Under the pieces are notes generated by a model, which saw only the letters and a list, made by a program, of their open reading frames with translations, made no database searches and was not told the DNA's origin. The translations under genes and the position numbers were made by a program. A stretch of DNA of 61,254 bases from a virus (Duplodnaviria > Caudoviricetes): the IMG/VR virus record IMGVR_UViG_3300032309_001297, positions 1-61,254 of that record; one strand, written 5' to 3'. Position 1 is the first letter of the stretch. Each line of letters opens with the position of its first letter. Positions 27,850-37,825 of this stretch are shown in pieces.

Positions 27850-28132
27850 CGAAGCAACAGTTGATTTAGAACAATCTGTGGAAGCGCTTACAAACCCAGA
27901 TAGCGGTGAATTAGTTGCTGTTGTTTTCACTGTAAATGGTTTGGGAACTTTCGCTCGCTCTAATAGTAAGTGGATTCCGATGAACTCTGAAGAAGCAGAT
28001 AAATATGATGGTTCAAACATCACTGACATTAAAGTAGATATGTGGAAAGACCTCGTAGATAAGTTTGATTCTGGAGAAAAGATGAATGAAACTGATCTTG
28101 AGGCTTATGCAGCCCCAGAAGAGACGGAGTAG
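27836..28132 (+). CDS. acidic hypothetical protein
   Basis: GAGGAGG RBS before ATG 27836. Confidence 0.7.
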   Translation: MAISNEATVDLEQSVEALTNPDSGELVAVVFTVNGLGTFARSNSKWIPMNSEEADKYDGSNITDIKVDMWKDLVDKFDSGEKMNETDLEAYAAPEETE

Positions 28133-28136
28133 AACT

Positions 28137-31100
28137 GTGGAATACGCAGGCAGAAAAGGCAATCTAGTTCTCTTTATTAAAGAGGGCTTTGGTGCAGTTG
28201 TTGACGAAGCAGCAAACTCTGTTGTTCAAGTTGGCAATGAAAAAGCACTTATAGCTTCTATTGACTGGAACTCTTATGGCAAGAAGCCAAAAGACACAGC
28301 TGTAGAGCTTGCTAATGCTGCCATGACGGATTTAGATATCCGTGTTTTTGCTAGTAATGACCGTATGTACACAATTCCAGATGCTGTAGTTGCCGAAGCA
28401 AAGCGTGGTCTTGAGTGGCGCAAGGAGGAGAACCGTGGTGGAACACCAGTTGGTCTTAATACTGCTCGCACACTTGCTCGTGGTGGTCAGATTGGTATTC
28501 GCAAGGTCCGTCATATTGCAAAATACTTCCCACGTCACGAAGTAGATAAAAAAGGCAAGGGATATAAGCCTGGACAAGACAATTACCCATCAAATGGGCG
28601 TATTGCATGGGCTCTTTGGGGTGGAGACGCTGCAGAACGTTGGGCATCAGCAATTGTTGATAGAGAAAACAAGAAGAAGGCAAATACTTCTATTACTGCA
28701 GGTCTTGGAATGCATGACTATGCACCAATGGACCGAGTTGATTACAACTCATTTATGCCATCAGAGATGGAACCAGAATTCTTTATTCGCATCCGTCTAG
28801 ATGGTTCAGGCATTGACCGTCTCTACAAGGTAGAAGATGACGGAACATGCAAGTTCTGGGACGACGGAGCTTGGGATGACTTAGGAAACATTGAGAATGA
28901 TTTCCACACATATGACAAGTCTCTTGATGACCCATATGACAAGGTGCAAAAGATTCACACACCTGTAGACCGAGAGTCTGCAATTAAAATTTCAGCAATG
29001 CTTGATAGCACTCCAATGGAATACATCAATGTTCAAAAAATTGACTTTGACGAAACAGATATGTTTGAACAAGCAATTCCAGAACTTGACTGGAAGTTTA
29101 TTGATCAACTTAGCTCAGATGAAGTTGAAGAAACTGACGACTGGGATATGGATGGTCTTCTAGCTGCAGGAGAAGCACCTTCAACACCAGCAGCGTCTGG
29201 AGATGGCAACTACACACCTGAAGAGCGTTCTGAAAATGCTCAGACTCAAGTACGAGATAAGTTAGGAAAGTTTGCTAAGAACGGCTCTACCGTTGTTATT
29301 GGTGGAGACTACAAATACAAGGGTCAAATCACTGCAATGGACCCTGCAAAGCAGGAAGTAAGTGTTCTTCTTGAAGATGGCAGAACTGTCAATGTTCCTG
29401 CTAATACAACTCAAGAAATCAGTACTTTCCAGCCTGTCTCACAATCAAATTTTCCAGCAAATAACCTAGATTTCTCAGGCATTTTGGGAGAACCTCGTGT
29501 AGCAATTGATGAGCCTCTTGCTCAGTTGCCTGGTCGTCTTCCACCTCTTAGTGCTCCAGATACCAACCTTCTGGTTAGCGACTGGGGAGCTTGGGTTGCA
29601 GGTCAACGCCTCTCACCAGAATACTCTGGCGACCCAATCCCACCAATGGTTTATAAAGAAGAGCCTGATATGAACACTGTTTTAGGTGAGTACTACAAAG
29701 GCTCTTTCAATCCCGATGGAACTACTAAGCCTGGATTTAACCCTGCAACAACACCAAATGCTTATAACGAACCACTTCTTCGTGATTGGTTAGATAAGAA
29801 ATACGCTAATAAAGCTGGTGATGTTGGCTACCACAATCGTGGTTGGTATGTTCCGCCTGCTAGCGACTATGTAAAATTTGATGACAAACTTGATCGTAAA
29901 AAAGTTTATACTAAAGAGAATAAAGCTGCTTGGGATAGACGATTTGATGTATCTAACTCAAACGAAAAAACTCTTATTGCTGCTGCAGCAGAGGAAGCTA
30001 TAACACCAGAGAATTCTGATGTTCCTCCAATGTTCTTAGCTATTGTTGCACCAGATGATCCTCAGGCTGTAATGGAGTTAGTCTCTGTTGTTCCTGCAAA
30101 TAAGAAGAGCAACACACCAACAACATTCAAGCGCAAGCCAGGCAAGTGGGAACGCGATGATCGTATTCTCAATGACCTCAATAGCCCAACACCTCCCCCT
30201 GTTATCGTTTTAGATAACACTAATCTTGCTGAGGTAACAAAGCAGATTGATGGCGGAGTCGTGGTTGCTTCACTTCGATTCCCTGCTGCTCTAGCTCTGT
30301 CAAATAACCCAGTAATTGCTGCTCTTGTAGCTGCAGGAGGTTTAGATAGAAACCGTGGCAACGCGGAGAAACTTCGTCGCTATTGGACAACTGGTAAGGG
30401 CGGTCTCAAGATTCGCTGGAACACTCCAGGAGACTGGACTCGTTGCCATAAGTATCTTGCTAAATACATGGGCCCTCGCGCTAAAGGCTATTGCGCTCTT
30501 CGTCATAAAGAAATGACGGGAATGTGGCCAGGAGATAAGCGCAATCCAGGTATGAAAAAGAAGTCTTTAGTTTCATCTATTGAAGCAGTTAAGACTGAGG
30601 AAACTATTGTCGGAGAATTCACTCTTCATGCTCGTGCAGAAGCTGCTCGCTCACGCATGATTGGTAGAGAAGGCGTTGTAGCTTCCGAGCATGGTTCAAA
30701 ATTCATTATTCCTTTGGTTATTCCAGAGAATATGGAATCAGGTGACGGACGTATCTTTGAGTCTGGCTCTATCAATACAAGAGATTTGCCACTGCCACTT
30801 CTATGGCAGATTAAGACAGGTCAGGGCCATGATGGTTCTGTTGTTGTCGGTCAAATTACTCACATGGAAAGAACAGACCAAGGCATTGGAAATGCTTATG
30901 GTGTATTCGACCTCGGGGAGTATGGCAAAGAAGCTGAACGTCTAGTTCGCAACGGATTTATCCGTGGAGTATCTGCTGATATGGACAAATTTGAAGCAGA
31001 TGAAGAAGAGGCAAAAGAGCCTACTGGCGACGATTCTGAGGATACAAGGAAAATCGAGTCAGGTAGAATAGTTATCAAAAGTGCTCGTGTAATGGCAGTA

Positions 31101-33404
31101 ACCATCGTGCCTAAGCCAGCATTTCAAGAGTGTTATATCCAAATCGTTGATGATGGCAACGATATTCAGGAGGATGAAGTGTTACCAGACGGAGTATATG
31201 TCGAAGGGATGAGTCCACTAGACGCATCTGCGTTGGTCGCTTGTGGAATGGTTGCTGGAGCAATTCCAGTAGAACCTCCTACATCATGGTTTGACAACCC
31301 AAAGCTAACTAAAGCAACCCCACTCACAGTTACAGATGAGGGTCGCGTATTCGGTCACATTGCTGCTTGGCATGTAGACCACATTGGAATGTCTTTTGGA
31401 ACACGACCACCTCGTAGTCGTAGTAAATTTGCTTATTTCCACACAGGAACACTTCGCACTGCTGAAGGTTCAGATATGCCTGTTGGACAACTAACTTTGG
31501 CTGGCGGTCACGCTGGTCTAGAAGCTTCTGCAGAGGAAGCAGTTCGTCACTATGACGACACTGCATCAGCTTTCGCAGATGTGCACGCAGGAGAGGATGC
31601 TTACGGAATTTGGGTTTCTGGCGCTTTACGCCCAGGCACAACCCCCGAGCAAATCCGCGCTGCCCGTGCCTCAGCACCATCGGGAGACTGGCGTCCAATC
31701 AAGGGTCACCTTGAGCTTGTCGCAGTATGTCAAGTAAATGTTCCAGGCTTCCCGATTGCTCGTGCTCGTGTTGCATCAGGTCAGGTAATGGCCCTTGTTG
31801 CAGCTGGTGCCAATGTTTTGGCTCAGCTAAAGCACGACCCTCTAGCAGAACTTAATAAGAAGATTGATGCCCTTGAAGCTAAGCAAAATCAACCACTTGT
31901 TGCTGCTGCTGAAGAAGCAAAGGCTCGTGTAGCAAGCATTCAAATGTCAATGCTTGAAGAGAAAAAAGCAGAACTTGCCGCTCGTGTTAAGAAGGCAAAA
32001 GATGAAGAATCTGACTACATGATTCAGATGATTGATGACAACACTCAAGAACTTGCTGTTGTCCCACGCCGTGTTCGTGAGCGTCTAGCTCGTGAAAAGA
32101 AGGCTATGCCAGATGGCTCATTTCCAATTAGAAATGTAGAAGACCTAAAGAACGCAATTCATGCATATGGTCGCGCTAAGCCAGGAGCAAAAGCTGCTGT
32201 TCGTAAGCACATCACACGTCGTGCTCGTGGTCTTGACCGTCCAGAGCTGATCCCAGAAACATGGAAAGTTGCATCAGCAGAATTTGGTATTGACGATATG
32301 GCGCAAGACCTACGCGAGCGCATTGCGGAAGCAATGACAGCTGCAGGTGGGTTGGACCGTAACCGGGGAAACGCTGAAAGGCTTCGTCGCTACTGGACAA
32401 GAGGTGAAGGAGCCGCAAAGATCCGTTGGGGTGCCCCAGGGGACTGGAAGCGTTGCGTCAAGCATTTAGCTAAATATATGGGTCCTCGTGCGAAGGGCTA
32501 TTGCCAGCTTCGCCATAAGGATGCATTAGGTTTTTACACATCAACTCATGCTAAAAAAGACCGAAAGAACCTTTCAGAGATAGAAACACTAAATCTGGAA
32601 CTTTTCGGAGCACTTTTTTCAAACATTAATTCTTTTGAAACTATGGTCAGTCCAGAGGATATGGCTAAGGACATCGACAGTATTTTGATGGAACAAGATG
32701 ATGATTTTGATGGTAGCTGGGAACCAAAGGAAGAGATTGTCATTCTTTTGATGGAACCAGAAAACCATATGGAAGATTCAGAAGAGGAACCAGCTGAATT
32801 TGCTATTGACCCAGAAATTAAAGACCTCACACCAGAGGAAATTGATGCTCTAAAAGTAGAGAAAATGAACCGTGCAAAAAAGCCTACCGAGACAGGAAAA
32901 TATACTCCTGACACTCAGCCTAGAGATGCACAGGGCAAATTCCGCTTAGTTCTAGCTCGTCTTAAGTCTGACTTAGGCACTGCTGGTCTTTCTCGTGTAG
33001 TTGAAAAGGTTGAAGAGGCTGAAAACCTTGACAACGCTGGAGATTACAAGAAATCAGCTAAGGCTGCAGACGATTTGATGGGAATTATTGACCGATTGGA
33101 CACAAAAGCATTGAATCCTGAAGCTTTAGAGAACATTAGAAACAGTTCCGCCGAGCTTGGAAAGGTTATTGCAAACCTTCCTTTTGCCTTTGGAGAGGCT
33201 GCCACCAAGATTAGATTCTCAGATGTTCCTCCAGCACTTCAAAAGCTCATGGAAGATATGATTAAAAAGGTTGAAGATAAAATTGGTCAGGAAGATGCCG
33301 ATATAGCAACTGAAGAATTGAAGAGTTTTATGTCTGGTGCTGATTATTACAACCAGTCAGAGATTTCCTCACAAATGGCGAAGCTTTTAAGGCTTCTTAC
33401 CTAA
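28137..33404 (+). CDS. multidomain capsid maturation (prohead) protease
   Basis: GDGR..LPLPLLWQ..GH.GSVVVG..GVSAD..TIVPKPAF at about 30.7-31.15 kb; GRVFGH..SGDWR..VNVPGFP; DUF6582-like MPDGSFPI; directly upstream of capsid; GTG start after GGAG. Confidence 0.8.
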   Translation: MEYAGRKGNLVLFIKEGFGAVVDEAANSVVQVGNEKALIASIDWNSYGKKPKDTAVELANAAMTDLDIRVFASNDRMYTIPDAVVAEAKRGLEWRKEENRGGTPVGLNTARTLARGGQIGIRKVRHIAKYFPRHEVDKKGKGYKPGQDNYPSNGRIAWALWGGDAAERWASAIVDRENKKKANTSITAGLGMHDYAPMDRVDYNSFMPSEMEPEFFIRIRLDGSGIDRLYKVEDDGTCKFWDDGAWDDLGNIENDFHTYDKSLDDPYDKVQKIHTPVDRESAIKISAMLDSTPMEYINVQKIDFDETDMFEQAIPELDWKFIDQLSSDEVEETDDWDMDGLLAAGEAPSTPAASGDGNYTPEERSENAQTQVRDKLGKFAKNGSTVVIGGDYKYKGQITAMDPAKQEVSVLLEDGRTVNVPANTTQEISTFQPVSQSNFPANNLDFSGILGEPRVAIDEPLAQLPGRLPPLSAPDTNLLVSDWGAWVAGQRLSPEYSGDPIPPMVYKEEPDMNTVLGEYYKGSFNPDGTTKPGFNPATTPNAYNEPLLRDWLDKKYANKAGDVGYHNRGWYVPPASDYVKFDDKLDRKKVYTKENKAAWDRRFDVSNSNEKTLIAAAAEEAITPENSDVPPMFLAIVAPDDPQAVMELVSVVPANKKSNTPTTFKRKPGKWERDDRILNDLNSPTPPPVIVLDNTNLAEVTKQIDGGVVVASLRFPAALALSNNPVIAALVAAGGLDRNRGNAEKLRRYWTTGKGGLKIRWNTPGDWTRCHKYLAKYMGPRAKGYCALRHKEMTGMWPGDKRNPGMKKKSLVSSIEAVKTEETIVGEFTLHARAEAARSRMIGREGVVASEHGSKFIIPLVIPENMESGDGRIFESGSINTRDLPLPLLWQIKTGQGHDGSVVVGQITHMERTDQGIGNAYGVFDLGEYGKEAERLVRNGFIRGVSADMDKFEADEEEAKEPTGDDSEDTRKIESGRIVIKSARVMAVTIVPKPAFQECYIQIVDDGNDIQEDEVLPDGVYVEGMSPLDASALVACGMVAGAIPVEPPTSWFDNPKLTKATPLTVTDEGRVFGHIAAWHVDHIGMSFGTRPPRSRSKFAYFHTGTLRTAEGSDMPVGQLTLAGGHAGLEASAEEAVRHYDDTASAFADVHAGEDAYGIWVSGALRPGTTPEQIRAARASAPSGDWRPIKGHLELVAVCQVNVPGFPIARARVASGQVMALVAAGANVLAQLKHDPLAELNKKIDALEAKQNQPLVAAAEEAKARVASIQMSMLEEKKAELAARVKKAKDEESDYMIQMIDDNTQELAVVPRRVRERLAREKKAMPDGSFPIRNVEDLKNAIHAYGRAKPGAKAAVRKHITRRARGLDRPELIPETWKVASAEFGIDDMAQDLRERIAEAMTAAGGLDRNRGNAERLRRYWTRGEGAAKIRWGAPGDWKRCVKHLAKYMGPRAKGYCQLRHKDALGFYTSTHAKKDRKNLSEIETLNLELFGALFSNINSFETMVSPEDMAKDIDSILMEQDDDFDGSWEPKEEIVILLMEPENHMEDSEEEPAEFAIDPEIKDLTPEEIDALKVEKMNRAKKPTETGKYTPDTQPRDAQGKFRLVLARLKSDLGTAGLSRVVEKVEEAENLDNAGDYKKSAKAADDLMGIIDRLDTKALNPEALENIRNSSAELGKVIANLPFAFGEAATKIRFSDVPPALQKLMEDMIKKVEDKIGQEDADIATEELKSFMSGADYYNQSEISSQMAKLLRLLT

Positions 33405-33570
33405 GAACCAGAAGTTGTCTAAAAATCGTACAATCACCTATTTAAATCCGATGTACTATTTAAATCAGGTGGAGTGCCTCCACGCGTTAAGCGTCTCGGA
33501 GTCCCTCGCCTCGACTGATCATAACTCACTAGAGCAACTTTGCTCTAACTAACTGCCCTAAGGAGGGACA

Positions 33571-35703
33571 GTGGACCGAATCAAAGAGATGATGGATCAG
33601 CTTGCTGAACTCGACGACAAACAAGTCGCTGAGCTCCAGAAGTCGATTATCAGCGAATTCGAAACGGTTGAGGGGGAGGACCCAACTCCACAATCAGTTG
33701 ACGCGATGACGTCGCTTGCCGACATGCTTGACTCCGTTCGTACAGAACTGAAGCAACGTGAGGCCGCAGTCACAGAGCTCGCCCAGCGGGCCGCTGAAGC
33801 TGCGACCCGTGTATACGGGCAAGATGGCGAAACCAAGGAAGATGGTTCTGATTCTTCCGAATCACCAAAAGAGATGCCTGCTGAAGAAGCAAAGCCAATG
33901 CCTGAAGCCGAAGCAGCAATGCCTGCTGAGGATAAGAAGGAAGAAGCTCCTGCTGAAGAAGCAAAAGCAGCTCCAATGGAAGAGGAAATTCCAGTAGCGG
34001 ATGCCCCAATGGCTGAAGCCCCAACACCTGCTGAAGAAGCTCCTAAAGTCGAAATGACTGAAGAAGAGAAAAAAGCAGAGGAAGAGAAGAAGAAGAACAT
34101 GACCGAAGCGTCAACAGAGGTGGAAAAGACCGCCGAGCTCTCAACTGAAATCACAGCCGAGACAGTAACCGAGGCACCAGTTGCCGAAGTTCCAGTTACC
34201 GCATCAGCAGAAGACGAAGCAGCACCAGCTGCCGAAGCAGAAGCAGACGCACCCGCAGAAGCAGCAGAAGTAGCAGAAGATGCAGCAGAAGATTCAGCAG
34301 TAGCTGAAGACGATGCAGCAGCTGACGTTGCAGATGGTGCAGAAGCATCAATCAATGAAACACCAACAACAAGTGAGCCAATGGCTCAGGAAACAATGGA
34401 GGCACCCGTGACCGCCGCTGCAAACAGCAACGACCTCACACCAGAGGTCCCAGCGGACCGCCGTCCTGTTGCTCAGGTATCAGCCGCTCCCGTGGCAATC
34501 ACGGCAGGTGCAGATATTCCTGGGTATACAGCTGGCAGCCCACTGGATGACATGAGCGCCGTAGCAGAAGCTATGGCAAAACGCATTCATACGCTTCGCC
34601 GTGTGAATGGTGGAGATGGAGAACAACACATCGTTGCATCCGTATCCACATCATTCCCAGATTCACGCATCCTTACACAGGACGCAGAATCAAACTGGGC
34701 AAAAGTCCAAGCCGTATCTGGCCCAGAAGCACTTGTTGCTGCTGGTGGACATCAAGCACCATTTGAAGTCAAGTACGACATCTTTGGTCTAGGAACAACA
34801 GCTCGTCCAGTTCGTGACGCGCTTCCTCGTTTCCAGGCTGATCGTGGCGGAATTCGCTTCATCACACCCCCTGTTCTTTCAGACTATGACAACGCTGTTG
34901 GCGTATGGACTGCTGCTAATGATGCAGCTACAACTCCATCACCAGCTGCTAAGGCAAGCTTGACAGTGACAGCTGCATCAGAAGTAACAGTAGCAACAGA
35001 CGCTGTAACACTTCAAATGCAGTTCGGTAACCTTGCAACTCGTGCATACCCTGAATTGATCGCTCGTCACAACGAGCTTGGTCTTATTCAGCACGCACGC
35101 GAAGCAGAGCAGAACCTTCTATCGAAGATTGCAGCTGGTTCAACAGCTGTTACAACCACTTCGCTAATCGGTTTCGGACGTGACTTCCTAGTACAGGTTG
35201 GTCGCGCTTCAACTGCTTACCGTTCACGTCACCGTCTTGAGGCAGACGCTCCACTTCGCGTAATTATCCCAGCATGGGTTAAGGACGCAATGGCAGCTGA
35301 CCTTGCTCTCAACATGCCTGGCGACAACCTGCTTAACGCATACTCAGAAATCGACGGCTACCTAGCTGCTCGTGGAGTAGTTGTAAGTTATGCACTAGAC
35401 CAGAACGTATTCGGCGCTCAGGGTGCAACAGCACTTGTTGAGTTCACCGATTCATTCACTTGGTACCTCTTCGCTGAAGGAACATTCTTGTTCCTTGACG
35501 GTGGAAGCCTTGACCTTGGAATCATCCGTGATTCATCTCTAGTCGGAACTAACGACTACAAGATGTTCATTGAAACATTCGAAGGTGTTGCAAAGGTTGG
35601 TGTCGAAGGTCTTGCAATCACTTCAACCATCTCAGTGAACGGTGTAGCAGCAGCTCTCCGTGACACAACAGGTGGCGCAACAGCTGCAGCAGTCGAATAC
35701 TAA
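33571..35703 (+). CDS. major capsid (hexamer) protein with fused N-terminal scaffold
   Basis: Coiled-coil and A/E/P-rich N-half, then LVAAGG..AP..YD..RPVRDALP.F...RGG and LDLGIIRDS...ND motifs. Confidence 0.88.
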   Translation: MDRIKEMMDQLAELDDKQVAELQKSIISEFETVEGEDPTPQSVDAMTSLADMLDSVRTELKQREAAVTELAQRAAEAATRVYGQDGETKEDGSDSSESPKEMPAEEAKPMPEAEAAMPAEDKKEEAPAEEAKAAPMEEEIPVADAPMAEAPTPAEEAPKVEMTEEEKKAEEEKKKNMTEASTEVEKTAELSTEITAETVTEAPVAEVPVTASAEDEAAPAAEAEADAPAEAAEVAEDAAEDSAVAEDDAAADVADGAEASINETPTTSEPMAQETMEAPVTAAANSNDLTPEVPADRRPVAQVSAAPVAITAGADIPGYTAGSPLDDMSAVAEAMAKRIHTLRRVNGGDGEQHIVASVSTSFPDSRILTQDAESNWAKVQAVSGPEALVAAGGHQAPFEVKYDIFGLGTTARPVRDALPRFQADRGGIRFITPPVLSDYDNAVGVWTAANDAATTPSPAAKASLTVTAASEVTVATDAVTLQMQFGNLATRAYPELIARHNELGLIQHAREAEQNLLSKIAAGSTAVTTTSLIGFGRDFLVQVGRASTAYRSRHRLEADAPLRVIIPAWVKDAMAADLALNMPGDNLLNAYSEIDGYLAARGVVVSYALDQNVFGAQGATALVEFTDSFTWYLFAEGTFLFLDGGSLDLGIIRDSSLVGTNDYKMFIETFEGVAKVGVEGLAITSTISVNGVAAALRDTTGGATAAAVEY

Positions 35704-35766
35704 GCCGACTAAACCGTAGTTAATTACTGAAGCAACGCTCAAGGTTCTAGGAAAGGAAGAGATAAG

Positions 35767-36654
35767 ATGGCATTCAAAGGAGTTTTTCCAGCGAGTGAGC
35801 TGATCCCTGCCCCCTGTGGAATCTTGAGCGTTGCTGATGTAACTAAGCACACAGCAAGAGAAACTGATGAGCGTTGGATTAGGAAGTTTTCAAAAGAATA
35901 TCAAAGTCTTCCTTCTTACGTTCGTTTGCTTACAGTAAACGATGAAACAGTAACTAACGGAACTCTTACAGATAATCAAACAAGACAAACTTATATTGAT
36001 TATGTTCCTTTTAATATTGAAGTTGAAGATCTTAGTTCTACTTTTGGTCTTTTAGGTCAGGATCGAATTGCAGGCGTTAAAGCTGCATTAGAGGCTGTTA
36101 CATCTAAAGGTTTAGAAAGAGAATTTTGGGAAGGTAAAGCTGCATTAGCTGAGACAGCTGCCAATGGCAATATGTATCTCAGCAAAGCAGGCGCTGCAAC
36201 TATCCCAGTTGATGCAGCAAAGAAGCCAGAAAATGCTTTGATGCTTTTAGAGCAAGCAATTTCTCTCTCACCAACAGGCCAAAACGGTGTCATTCATATG
36301 ACCCGCGATGTGGCTTCTATTTTAGGATCACGCCTTGTCTACAAAAAAGGCGATACAGAGAATTCTGGACGAGCAATGACTCGTCTAGGCACAGACGTCA
36401 TTATTGGCTCTGGTTATACAGGTAACGGTCCAATTGGACATGCGAACGCAACAGCGTCAGCAACCAACAAATGGATCTATGCAACTGGCCCAGTTGAAGT
36501 ACATCTCGGTAAAATCGAGGTTGTAAACGATAACTTGGCTCAAGGAGCAGATGTTACAATTAACAACATGCGTATCAAGGCATTCCGCCCAGCGGCTGTC
36601 TACGCAGACCCAAGCATGCTTTACGGCATGCGAGTGACATTACCTAGCGACTAA
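35767..36654 (+). CDS. second capsid (pentamer-type) protein
   Basis: Follows capsid; LEREFW, GVIHM, TRLGT.V..G.GY, WIYATG pattern. Confidence 0.65.
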   Translation: MAFKGVFPASELIPAPCGILSVADVTKHTARETDERWIRKFSKEYQSLPSYVRLLTVNDETVTNGTLTDNQTRQTYIDYVPFNIEVEDLSSTFGLLGQDRIAGVKAALEAVTSKGLEREFWEGKAALAETAANGNMYLSKAGAATIPVDAAKKPENALMLLEQAISLSPTGQNGVIHMTRDVASILGSRLVYKKGDTENSGRAMTRLGTDVIIGSGYTGNGPIGHANATASATNKWIYATGPVEVHLGKIEVVNDNLAQGADVTINNMRIKAFRPAAVYADPSMLYGMRVTLPSD

Positions 36655-36684
36655 TCCCAAACAAAGAAAAAGGAGAAAACTGGA

Positions 36685-37731
36685 ATGGCTACACAGGACT
36701 ATGCGGCTAGCGTCCAAGGTGTGGCGATCCGAGTCACTAGACTGGACGCCTCAGGAACCTTGCTAAATGGAGCAGGGGATAGTTACACTACCTCGGCGTT
36801 CCTCCGTACATCATTTACACCCGAATATGAAGAGGGTGACGAAATCACAGAGAAGTCAGCTGACGGCACTGTATGCGTATCATACAAAGCCCCTGACACT
36901 CTAAAGCGCATTACTATGGAGATTGCAATTTGCGACCCAGACCCAGAGCTAACAGCTCTTATGTCTGGTGGTTTGCTTCTCCGCAAGAACTTTGGAAGCT
37001 ACGCTTCCCCAGATAACAAGTCAATTGGTTGGGCCGCACCAGCCGTTGGCGACGACCCAGCAGGTAACGGCGTTGCTGTTGAAGTATGGTCATTCGCAGT
37101 TAAGGACGGAAAGCGTGCTTCATCACTTCCTTACTTCTACTGGGTATTCCCATACGTCAAGCTTCGTCAGTCAGGTGACCGTGTAATTGAAAACGGTCTT
37201 CTTGCTAACACCTTTGAAGGCTACGGTCTAGGAAACGTTGAGTTCAATGCTGGTCTCGATGGTCGCTGGGAGTTCCCAGTTGCTGCAGAGCGTCCATATG
37301 CATACTCACGCTCTTCATGGGCACCACAAGGTCTTAAGGGCTTCTACCGCTGGTTTGATGACTCACAGAAGACCGTGAGCAACAAGTCACTTACTTCTAA
37401 CGTTGCAACACTTACAACAGGTGCAGCACACGGATATGAAGTTGGTCAGAGCGTGACTGTAACTGGTGTGGATTCTACTTTCAACGGTACTTTCACAATC
37501 ACAGCTGTTCCAACAACTACAACCTTCCGCTATGCAAAGACTGCAACAGATGTTGCATCTGCAGCAGTTAGCCCAGTAGGAGCAGTTGTTCGTAACAAGG
37601 GTTACCTAGCTGTATCTGATTTCACCTCACAAGGGTCAACATCTACATACAACGTTCCAGGTAGCGATACCTATAACCCAGATAATGCAATTGACTTCAT
37701 CATTGCATCAACTGAGGACCCAACAGCGTAA
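36685..37731 (+). CDS. major tail protein with inserted beta-rich (FCCH-like) domain
   Basis: RVTRLD..G, YEEGDEI..K.ADG.VC, EVWS, YWVFP; AHGYEVGQSVTVTGV domain. Confidence 0.8.
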   Translation: MATQDYAASVQGVAIRVTRLDASGTLLNGAGDSYTTSAFLRTSFTPEYEEGDEITEKSADGTVCVSYKAPDTLKRITMEIAICDPDPELTALMSGGLLLRKNFGSYASPDNKSIGWAAPAVGDDPAGNGVAVEVWSFAVKDGKRASSLPYFYWVFPYVKLRQSGDRVIENGLLANTFEGYGLGNVEFNAGLDGRWEFPVAAERPYAYSRSSWAPQGLKGFYRWFDDSQKTVSNKSLTSNVATLTTGAAHGYEVGQSVTVTGVDSTFNGTFTITAVPTTTTFRYAKTATDVASAAVSPVGAVVRNKGYLAVSDFTSQGSTSTYNVPGSDTYNPDNAIDFIIASTEDPTA

Positions 37732-37745
37732 TCAAGTAGTTAAAG

Positions 37746-37808
37746 TGGGGCGGGCAGTTGCCGAAAGTGTGTATTAACACTCGGTTGTCTGCCCGCCCCT
37801 TTTACTTT
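37746..37808 (+). terminator. long hairpin terminator
   Basis: GGGGCGGGCAG...CTGCCCGCCCC then T run. Confidence 0.8.
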
Positions 37809-37825
37809 ATGTAAGGAAGGACGGA

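Noticed and set aside
33597-34355. 252-aa minus-strand Ala/Ser-rich ORF and similar antisense ORFs across 15-60 kb
   Set aside because: Shadows of biased codon usage in the plus-strand genes; no RBS or recognisable motifs.
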